Assembly (NCBI GenBank): GCA_001179505.1 | Contig: CDMY01000438.1 | Coordinates: forward strand, 1-64,000 | Direction of reading: 5' to 3' | Length of the DNA: 64,000 bases | DNA from: Vitrella brassicaformis CCMP3155 | Taxonomy: Eukaryota > Protista > Chromerida | Part shown: piece after piece, positions 1-9,600 of the stretch | Layout: every line of letters begins with the position of its first letter | Position numbering within the stretch: position 1 is the stretch's first letter | Position numbers and translations under genes: made by a program | The notes under the pieces: generated by a model | What the model saw: the letters and a program-made list of their open reading frames with translations, nothing else | The model's database searches: none | What the model was told of the DNA's origin: nothing

Positions 1-1188
1 GTCTCTCCATGAGTGTACCGTACCTCAGCTGTGTATGGTGCGGGTGGCGGTGGCGGCAGCGCAGCGTGTGCGAGTCCAGCGATCTTGATGGTGAGTCGAT
101 TGAGGTGCTCCAGGCCCATGTCGTTGGCAGGCCGGTTTTTGTTCTTCCGCCGGCCGACCTCGCTTGCCAATGTCGAGAACGTCTGCAGCGCTGTCTGAGA
201 GACGCAAATTAAGGCAACAGATCAGAGAGGATGTGGCGTCATGGTGCATGGCGTCACACACGTACCTTCCTGCACGCATCTGATTTGCCGAGGTTGGACG
301 AGAGAAACTCATCCACCTGCAGCTCGACCAGCCGGCTGACCGACACCACCTGGGACAGATCCCTGACGCATCCACATCACACATAACACACCATTACACG
401 CGTGGGGGCGTGCCCTTCTCAGCCTTGTCTCACTTACCTGAAGACCTCCAGTGCCGCCCTTAGCAGTGCCTCGCCGCCCTCTTGCCCCAGTGAGGTCAGG
501 TACCCCCCGATGGTGTTGAATATGTCGTTGCATGCCTGCTGCAGTCCGCTGACGATCTCCAGCCGCCGCCGCTGGGGCAGACCACGGGTCCGTGGTCGAC
601 TCATCACTGCACTCCTGAGCCAACTCGCGAATCACACCCATCACGATACTCGCGTGGGCGGCACTCGTGCGACCTGCACACAGGCAGACAAAGATGAAGA
701 CAGACAGACAGAAAGACAGACAGACGGGCAGGTTGTTTGTTTGTCTGTTTGTCGTGCTGACCGGCATTGAGGAGGCTCGGCATCAGGTCCTGCCAGCACT
801 GGGGCCACTCCCGCCGCGCCACCTCGGCGAAGGCCACTGCACACTTTTGCCGCACAATGGGCGATCGAAGACGGTCGGCCGGCAGCTGAGTGAGGTAGGA
901 AAGCAGCACCGCCTTGACCGATGCCCTCTGCTCCGGCGTCCACCTCTGCCACTGCCTACTGATGGCCTCGCGGAAAAGCGTGTGGCCGAAGAACTGCACC
1001 CGCTCGAGCAGGGCGGCATCGAGCTGGCTGCCGTCGTGTGTGACGAGTCTGTGGGCGATCTCACAGGCGCTAGGGTGGTCATAGAGTGAGGTGCAGTGCT
1101 GCTCGGCAACGACGCGGTCAGCATGCGAGACGTTGGGCTGGCCGGAGACCCTCAACGCTTCGATAACCGACCGCACGCTGGCATCCAT
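1..1188 (-). pseudogene. XPO5: Exportin-5-like gene, 5' part of a duplicate copy (continues off the left edge), frameshifted
   Basis: ORF 604-1188 (MDASVRSVIEAL...VARREWPQCWQDLMPSLL) is nearly identical to 12528-13259. A 7-nt insertion at 591-597, absent from the other copy, shifts STRGLPQRRRLE into STTDPWSAPAAA. Confidence 0.75.
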
Positions 1189-1327
1189 GGCCGCTGGATC
1201 TCCAGATCAGAGCAGTAAAGGATGAGAGCGCCGTAGAGCCGTCCGTCGAGGCAGATCACGCCTTCAGCTCATGCATGTAAGTCTGCAGATGGTCGCCATG
1301 ACTCCAAACCCTTAAGGCCACACCAAC

Positions 1328-1627
1328 NNNNNNNNNNNNNNNNNNNNNNNNNNNNNNNNNNNNNNNNNNNNNNNNNNNNNNNNNNNNNNNNNNNNNNNNN
1401 NNNNNNNNNNNNNNNNNNNNNNNNNNNNNNNNNNNNNNNNNNNNNNNNNNNNNNNNNNNNNNNNNNNNNNNNNNNNNNNNNNNNNNNNNNNNNNNNNNNN
1501 NNNNNNNNNNNNNNNNNNNNNNNNNNNNNNNNNNNNNNNNNNNNNNNNNNNNNNNNNNNNNNNNNNNNNNNNNNNNNNNNNNNNNNNNNNNNNNNNNNNN
1601 NNNNNNNNNNNNNNNNNNNNNNNNNNN
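1328..1627. other. Assembly gap (300 N), probably of zero real length
   Basis: CACACCAAC flanks both sides, and the paralogous copy near 13390 reads through with no extra sequence. Confidence 0.9.
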
Positions 1628-1662
1628 CACACCAACCATGCGCCAAAAGGCCGTGATTGCCA

Positions 1663-1685
1663 AGCTCGCAGATGCCAAGCTCGCA
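1663..1685. promoter_or_regulatory. Tandem AGCTCGCA motifs upstream of the XPO5 duplicate
   Basis: Exact copies at 1663-1670 and 1678-1685. The same motif recurs at most gene 5' ends in the window. Confidence 0.55.
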
Positions 1686-2413
1686 CGATGTGGCCGGAGG
1701 GCTTGAATCAATCGACGAGAAGCATAGATGTTCTTCAACAACCTGCCGTGTCCATGCACCGCACCATGTAGGTCGACACACGCACGAGGGAGTGATAGAA
1801 GAAGTCCCTTCACTTGTCCCTTCACACACGAGAAACAACACACATGTACACCCACTCACACTGGCATGGTATAGTTTCCGGCCACCCGCTAGCTATAGCT
1901 AGCCAGGCGGCAGGTGAGGCATCTCTGGTGGCATCTCCCCGTCTGCCTGCCTGCCTGCCTGCCTGCCTCTTACCCGCCCGCCCCCCTCTCTCGACACCAA
2001 CGCGCATGTGTCATGACACCGCCCCCATCGTGCCGGCCACCCAGGAAGCAGTCGAGTGTGAGTCAGGCACCGACAGCTATCCATCCATCCATCCACACCA
2101 AAGCCCCCCCACCTGCCTGCGCCCCTCATTCATCTATGTCGTCCACTACTGCTCCATCTCATCGTCACCGCTCCTCTCCAAATCCCTCTGCGAGTCAGCT
2201 ACTGGAGTGTGGCCCCTAGCTGCTGCCATGTGAACTGGCAGTCGGCGTTGACCACCGCCTCAAACGCCAGCCACAACCACCACACATCTATGAAGAGCGC
2301 ATAAACAACACGCCAGCCAGCGACCCATCCCCCTAGCACCCCTAGCTATGTATACGAACATACATGCTCGACACGCATGTATGTGTGATGTGCTACACGG
2401 CTGGGTTGGTCTT

Positions 2414-5400
2414 CTACAGGTAGAGGAACCCATAGAGAGCATCCAGCACAGCCAGGGCGGCCTGAGGACGGACAGAGAGAGAGAGAGAGGGAGAGATACT
2501 GCCGGCTGCCATATGGTGGATGTAATCACGCACACCCGGATCCTATGTATGTACCAGGGCCCACTTGGTCTCCTGCGAGTGTGCGGGGTTCGCCAGGTAC
2601 ATGTAGTAAGCCCGCGTGGCTATGCTGCATGTAAGTGAATACGCCACAAGGTACGTACATGTATTATATAGCTGTTTTCGTGCGTGTCTCCTGTTGCGTC
2701 CTTACTGGTCGCGCATGCTGTTTGTGACGATGCTGCCCTCTGTCTGCGTGGCGGCCGTGGCCGTCTGGGGGCTGGCCTGCACACCCGCAGCCGCCTGCAT
2801 GGGCTGGGCCGTCTGCACCTCCGAGTGGGCCGTCACGCTCGCCACGTAGGCCTGCACACCCGCAGTCGCCTGCATGGGCTGGGCCGTCTGCACCTCCGAG
2901 CTGGCCGTCACGCTCGCCACGTACGCCTGGATGCCCTTGTTGTTGAGTGCTGCAAAGAGAAGAGGGAGAGAGGGAGGGAGACACAGGTTTGTGCGTCTGC
3001 GTGTGCGTGTACGGCGCGCATGCACACCTGAACCAGGCTTGGCAGAAGAGGGCTTGATGTATAGCGACGACGACGACAACACACACGGGGGCGGGAAAAC
3101 GGCTGCATGCGATGGACGCGCACAAGACCTCACGTGCGCAGCCGTTGTGGTGCTGTTGTCTTGGTGGCGTGTATGTGTACCGGCAGACGGCGACACACCC
3201 GATTCGATCGCCTTCACTCGTCGCGAGACGTAGCCGGTGGCAGCTGCACACACGGCCGAGGGACAGGAGAGGATGGATGAAGGGACGTGAGGTGAGCTTG
3301 GTGTCTTCTTCCTTCTCACCATTGTCGACATTTTCGTTGGTGGGATGGCCGCAGCGATACTCGGCATTGCACCCCGACACTGGCAAGTGCAAATCTGCAG
3401 CACACACATACACACACGCGGCCGTCGTTATGCATGCTGTCTGTCTCCGGCTAATGAAGGCACTCACCTGGTGCGGCTTCGTTGGTGGTGGTCAGCCGTT
3501 TGGCCAGCACGGAGCTCAGTGAGTTGGTTGCGGCCTAATGGGATACATGAGTAAAGACACGAAACTGTACTGCCTGTGTGCGAACGGATCCGTAGGGTGC
3601 TGCGTACGGCGAGACGGAGCTCTTTCAGCTGCTCGGCCATCCTGGCGTTTTCATCTCGAAGCCGTCTGAAGGCATACGTTGACACCGATTAATTGTGCAC
3701 GGAGTACACGGGCTTCTCTTGTTTCCATACCGTATCTCGTCGTCCTTTGCCTTGAGCCTGGCCTGATGTTCGTCGTCCTTTGCCGCCCTGAGAGGAAAGA
3801 ACACCCATACATGCATCAAAATGACGGACAGCCCCCATCCATTGCTGTGCTCACACCTGTCTCTTGTACTCCGCTGCTTGGCGCTCGCGCATGGCGAGGT
3901 ACTGACCGACAACGCCGCTGCTGTGCGGCTCATGCCACGAGCTCAGGCCGATGGCGATGATGCACAGGGCCGTCCACACGATGCCCCACCAGACACTGAC
4001 GACGGCCTTCTCCTTGTAGAGCGATGCTGGGCAACTAGAGGGAGGGCATGTGTGTTGTCCTGAGCCATCCGTGATGGACGGGATACGGCCGGAACAGCCT
4101 TCCCCCGCCCATCGTGGCTTGGCTGGGACGACTGACATGGCCCACCTGCCAAGGCACACACACGAGACACACACATGAGCCATTGCCTGGTGCCTCCAGG
4201 CTCCCTCACGTACCCTCTCAAGGTCGCCCGTATCCAGAGGGTGACGGGGAGTGTGTCCACGGTGTGTGGCGTTTTGGTGCTGACATTGCCCATGGCGATG
4301 ACGGTGGGGTCTCGCGCCACGAGCAAGGCGCCTACCGACTGGCCGGCGTTGCCATTCAGCTTGATGTGGATGGCGCCCTCCTTAAGGGCCGAGGGACCGA
4401 ACTTCATGACGACACACGATTGCTCCAGTGTGCAGTCCATCGCCCCGACGGTCTCGTTGAGGGTCCGGAGTCCGTGTGTGGAGAGCATTGTGCATGTCTC
4501 CCCCGTGACGAGCATGAGCTCGACATCGATGTGCTCATTGCCAGCTGGGCAGATATTGATGGCGGCACTGTCGAGGAAGCCCTTGATCGGCTGCTCGCCG
4601 ATGGCCGTCGCGCCACCTGTCGTGCCGAGATGGCTCTGGGCAATCACTGCCACATCGGAGAGGGTCAACTGTCGACGGGCGGATACCGACACACAGCAGG
4701 GATCAATCCATGTGTATGTCTATGATTGTGTGTGGTGGTACCTGCAGCGGCCCGATGCGCTGCTGTTGTGCGATGAGGCCCGTGACGGACCGGTCGACTT
4801 TGTTGGTGAGGAACCGCTTCGACCCCACGGAGGTGAGCCGCAACACACGGTCAAGCGCACTCATGACCGTCACATCAGCCGGGAACTGCACACACACAAA
4901 CAAACAACCAAACACATGACAGCCCGCCTTCCTCTCATTGCCTGTCGTGTCGTGCTGACCTGTAGTGGTCTGCTGATGGACTGTTTTCTGTCGCTCTTGA
5001 AGACCTTCTGGGGCACCTTCTCCAAAGGCAGGTCGACTGGCGCCGTGCCGTCCTCGGCGTCCCACACACGCACGATCCCATCACCTACACACACCCACAC
5101 TTACACAGAGACAAAGAGCGATGGAGATGGACGGACAAAGGATTGGGGCCGTCAGTGTGAGAGAGTGTGTGCGTGGCGTGTACCAGTGATGTGCCCAACG
5201 ACGCTGCACGGGGCCTTGTCGCGTTTGCAGAGGGTGTCGAAGAGCTCCACCGACTCGGGGCGGATGACAAGCGCGTAGTTCTCCTGGTACTCGGCCCCCC
5301 ACAGCTCCAGCAACGACATGGTCTTGTCGCCACACAACATCTTCCGAATGTCTGAACGGGAGAGCAAAAGTGCCCTCTGCCTAGGGGTGTGGGAGGGGGA

Positions 5401-6107
5401 GGGAGGGAGGGAGGGAGTGTTTCTGACCGATGAATCCGCCGCCCGCGCCCGGGCCGAAGGTCAGCTTGAAGGGCGGGGCTGTGCGGTGCTTGAGGCCGTC
5501 ACGCTCCTGAGCCACACACTCGGGGTTGCACTGCAGAGATGAGGGAACACAGGCAGGTGAATGAACAGAGGCTCTCGTGTGGTCTCGGTTATCACCTGTC
5601 TGAGTTCGCACTCGCCAAGGTTGCACTTGAGCTCGCCATCGGGCTCGCCAGTGGTGGTGAGAATGCACACCTCGCCGCCTACAATGACCTTCTGGTCGGC
5701 GACCCAGCAGGTGTTGTCAGCCGTGACGGGGCTCCGTGTGGTGGACTTGAGTCCGCTGCCCTTGATGACCAGCTCGGTGCCGGACGTGCCGGTGGTTGAA
5801 GCGACGGACGAGAGTTCGGGGGTGAGGGCGTTGGCGTAGGTGACCTTGCAGTTGAAGGGAGTGCCGCACTCGGACGACTCGGCTATCAAATCTGCCGGCC
5901 AGGTCTCCGCTGCACCCATTGTGTTGCCACCACGTGAGGGCTGCAGTTTTATCTGACGTTCCTGAACAACCAAACCAGCCAAAAACGTGGAAGCATCCTC
6001 CATTCATGGATCCTTCCCTGCATACCCGCTGCCGCCAGCTTCTGTAGCCACGCTTTCCCAACAGTTCTGCACGCAATCAATAGCAGCAACGGCAGAAAAG
6101 GATGCAT
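2414..6107 (-). CDS. Multi-exon mosaic gene or pseudogene: signal-like leader, IPT/TIG fragment, PurL fragment, TM segment, coiled coil, 25-aa repeats, DUF2934-like tail
   Basis: GT-AG exons traced by eye. Leader MHPFLPLLLLIAC at 6107. Last exons are 2624-2555 (HIATRAYYMYLANPAHSQETKWAL) and 2461-2414 (ending in TAG). Frame continuity at the 5' end is uncertain. Confidence 0.5.
2774..2923 (-). repeat. 75-bp coding tandem repeat, 2 copies (25 aa: QAYVASVTASSEVQTAQPMQATAGV)
   Basis: GGCCTGCACACCCGCAG starts at 2774 and again at 2849. The units differ at only a few positions. Confidence 0.9.
4561..5351 (-). pseudogene. PFAS: Internal fragment of phosphoribosylformylglycinamidine synthase (PurL/PFAS), with introns retained
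   Basis: Contains DIRKMLCGDKTMSLLELWGAEYQENYAL, VLRLTSVGSKRFLTNKVDRSVTGLIAQQQ and LTLSDVAVIAQ...ATAIGEQPIKGFLD, which are hallmark eukaryotic FGAMS motifs. Homology stops abruptly after FLDSAA, and both ends of the enzyme are missing. Confidence 0.85.
5590..5900 (-). other. IPT/TIG (Ig-like) domain fragment within the mosaic gene
   Basis: TYANALTPELSSVASTTGTSGTELVIKGSGL...VIVGGEVCILTTT...ELKCNLG resembles fibrocystin/plexin IPT repeats. Confidence 0.65.
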
Positions 6108-6692
6108 TCAGCGATGATCCATCCATCCATCCATAATATGGATGCATCTCATATATGCATCAACAATGATGCATTCATTCAACGATGATGCATTCATCCG
6201 AATGCATCTCATGCCTAAATTGCATTGCGTACCGTCTTCTTCTGTTGTTGGCGTTGTGTGCGGCGGGCCGAGGCCTGGTACTACTAGGATGTCCTCACGC
6301 GAGGACGTGTACATGCTGGTGTACACGTATGTGTCCACAATCTGCCACAGCGCGTACGTGGCGATGCCGAGTGCGGCAACTTGGAAGAGAAGACCGTGCA
6401 TTCTGCCTTGCAAGAGCTGGAATGAATGCCAAAGACGAAGATGTTTTTTGTTTTAGGCTCGCTCGATCCTTGGCCCGCTTAACATCCCTCGCCGTAACGG
6501 GGGGAGAAGTCAGTCCATTTGTGTGTATGCGCATGTGGCCAGCCTGCACACACACAACCCCTGATCGAATGAGGGATGGTTCATCGGCATGCATCGGTTA
6601 TCCTAGCGAAGCATGCAGTTTGAGAAACCATCAGGTTCTCATCCGACCCGTCGGTCGATTACTCAGCCATGCACCACTCAGACGCACGTATA

Positions 6693-9600
6693 TTATGCGT
6701 AGGTGTGTCGCCCACACGCTTGCAAATCGTCTGCGCACAGCCCCTCCCACCCATGGATGGCTAGCCAAATATCGGCCCTGGCTCGGCGAAGACGTCCCTG
6801 CCGCCCCTCTCCCGCTGCTTCATGGTAGAGAGGAAGCTGATGGGCAGATCCTGAATGGTCGAGGTGTGGCTGAACGTCACACTCCCATCACGGGCCTGCA
6901 CACCACACACACCATAGACACACCCACACTACTCTGTATTCCTGGCCTTCTCTGTGTGTGAGGGAGTGTGCTGACCATGGCGGCTCTGTAGTTTGGTGCA
7001 AGTATCTCCAGCAGATACCTCCGCCGCACACTGTCGTCCTCCCCCTTGGCCAGCATTGCGTCTCGGTAGCTCTGCAGCAGGTCAGCCGAGGGCGCGACGG
7101 GCAGCTGGGACAGCAGCTGGAAACTCTCGTGCAGCGGCGGGCACAGGTATACATTCGCCGCAGAGCTATCGACCTTCGCCTTGTCAGCCTGGGTGCGGAA
7201 ATGCCTGCACCACACATACACACATGGATGGATTGATGGCACACAGGGGTGGTCTGCGTGTGCACACGTACCTGACAAGGGCCCTGAAGCACTCCCCCAC
7301 CGTGGCCACCACGTCATTGAGGAAGCAGCAGGTGCCCTCCTCCAGGTGCAGATACTCCCACAGCCGCGACCGCAGCACCATGTCCTTACCCCCTCGAACC
7401 ACTGACGACGAGCTCCCCGCCGCCCCAGCAGCCACAAACCCCTCGTTGCCGTTGACATTGGTGAGGTTGGATGGGTCGGTGGTGGGCGGCCGCACCATGA
7501 CGTGCGCCACCGTCTGGACCAGCTCCTTGTAGAACTGCACGATGGACACGGGCGAGGGGGAGAACTGTATGCTGGCCGTCCGCAGGAACACCCGCAGCCC
7601 CGTGAAGCTCTCGTGGAGGGTCTGGTGCTCCGGCCACGCCATGACCATGACAAGGGATCGGAGGAGGAAGGCCACTAAGGCGTCGGTCTGGTAGATGAAG
7701 CGCTTCAGCTCGAGAGCGGAGTCAGACAGAGACGAGGAGGCCACTGACCCCCCAGTGCCGTTCTCGGCCTCGTCCATGTCACCACCGCCACCAGAAGCAG
7801 CGGCCGCATCGACAGGTGCTCTCTTCTTGCCTCCTTTGATCTGCTTGCCCTTCTTCTGTTGCTGCTGCTGCTGCTGCTGTCTGTTGGCGCCCTCGTCCAT
7901 CGTACTGTCGCCGCCAGATGGGTCGCTGCCGCTGGCCAGGCTGAGATTATACATGGGGTTGAGCTTCAGGAAGCCCCCCACCCACTCAGTGAACTTTGCT
8001 GACGCCTTGGACAGAGCCGCGAGTCTGAACTGGTACTTGGTGGTCTCATTGAAGTCATTGGACTGAATGGCGGCGACACGCGAGGGCTCGGTGGCCGTCC
8101 ACTCTGCCGTGATGCGTGTGTGGATGGCGTCCATGATGGGCTGCAGCACCTGGGTGAAGAGGGGCAGCAGGGGGTACTCAGAGGGGGAGGGCAGCGACGT
8201 CTCGGCGAAGATGGGCGCCAGCACCAAGGACAGCAGGTGTGGGATGTGGTGGCAGGGGATGCCCGCCAGCACGGGGACCAGCTGGCCCGTGAGCAGCTGC
8301 GCCAGCCGTGGGTGGCCGTAGAAGCCCGCCTTGATGCGGCTGAGCATCCCGATCAGCCGGTACAGCTCGATCCGGATGTGGAAGAGCTGCCGCCTGGCGT
8401 CCCTCACCCAGCCGAAGTCCATGGCGACGTCCCTTGGGCCGGGGTAGAGCCGCGTGGCCTCCTCGCGGATCTGTGGGTGTGTGCGGACGCCCGGTCCCTC
8501 TATGGTGATGATGTCGTCTTCACCAATGTCGAGGAAGGAATGCGTCCAGCGATACTCGGCCGACTCCAGAAACTGACGTGCACGGACAACAAACGCCTGT
8601 GTTATGTGTGTGAGAGCCGCTTCTCATGTCAGCCATTCACCTGTGGTGTCCAGAGAGTCTGCAGAGCAGCGAGAAGGCTGAAGAGCATCGGCAGCAGGTC
8701 ACCCAGTGCGTCGTCCAGCGGGTGCTTGATGGCGATCCTCGGCTCGGTGGGCGAGGGGGTCGTGCCTTTGGCTGCCGCTGGCGGTAGAGGGGGCAGGTCG
8801 CGGAGGAAGCCGCCCTTTTTGGCGGCCTCCATGGACGAGGGCACGTTGGTCCACCGCACTGCAACAGACAGGGCNNNNNNNNNNNNNNNNNNNNNNNNNN
8901 NNNNNNNNNNNNNNNNNNNNNNNNNNNNNNNNNNNNNNNNNNNNNNNNNNNNNNNNNNNNNNNNNNNNNNNNNNNNNNNNNNNNNNNNNNNNNNNNNNNN
9001 NNNNNNNNNNNNNNNNNNNNNNNNNNNNNNNNNNNNNNNNNNNNNNNNNNNNNNNNNNNNNNNNNNNNNNNNNNNNNNNNNNNNNNNNNNNNNNNNNNNN
9101 NNNNNNNNNNNNNNNNNNNNNNNNNNNNNNNNNNNNNNNNNNNNNNNNNNNNNNNNNNNNNNNNNNNNNNNNNNGGGGCAGCAGGGGGTACTCAGAGGGG
9201 GAGGGCAGCGACGTCTCGGCGAAGATGGGCGCCAGCACCAAGGACAGCAGGTGTGGGATGTGGTGGCAGGGGATGCCCGCCAGCACGGGGACCAGCTGGC
9301 CCGTGAGCAGCTGCGCCAGCCGTGGGTGGCCGTAGAAGCCCGCCTTGATGCGGCTGAGCATCCCGATCAGCCGGTACAGCTCGATCCGGATGTGGAAGAG
9401 CTGCCGCCTGGCGTCCCTCACCCAGCCGAAGTCCATGGCGACGTCCCTTGGGCCGGGGTAGAGCCGCGTGGCCTCCTCGCGGATCTGTGGGTGTGTGCGG
9501 ACGCCCGGTCCCTCTATGGTGATGATGTCGTCTTCACCAATGTCGAGGAAGGAATGCGTCCAGCGATACTCGGCCGACTCCAGAAACTGACGTGCACGGA

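Larger units (their letters stand above)
1..2246. repeat. Direct segmental duplication of 12095-14016 (XPO5 5' end, upstream region and ankyrin-gene 3' end)
   Basis: The two regions are colinear with scattered substitutions and microsatellite length differences. Close identity ends at ...GCAGTCGGC (2246 and 14016). Confidence 0.95.

Noticed and set aside
1256-1859. Long ORFs spanning the N gap at 1328-1627
   Set aside because: Their length comes from Ns. The paralogous region shows the gap has no real sequence, and the true ORFs are under 100 aa with no motifs.
2774-2923. Repeat array as a possible CRISPR-like element
   Set aside because: Two contiguous 75-bp coding units with no spacers. 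No CRISPR array or cas gene was seen anywhere in the window.
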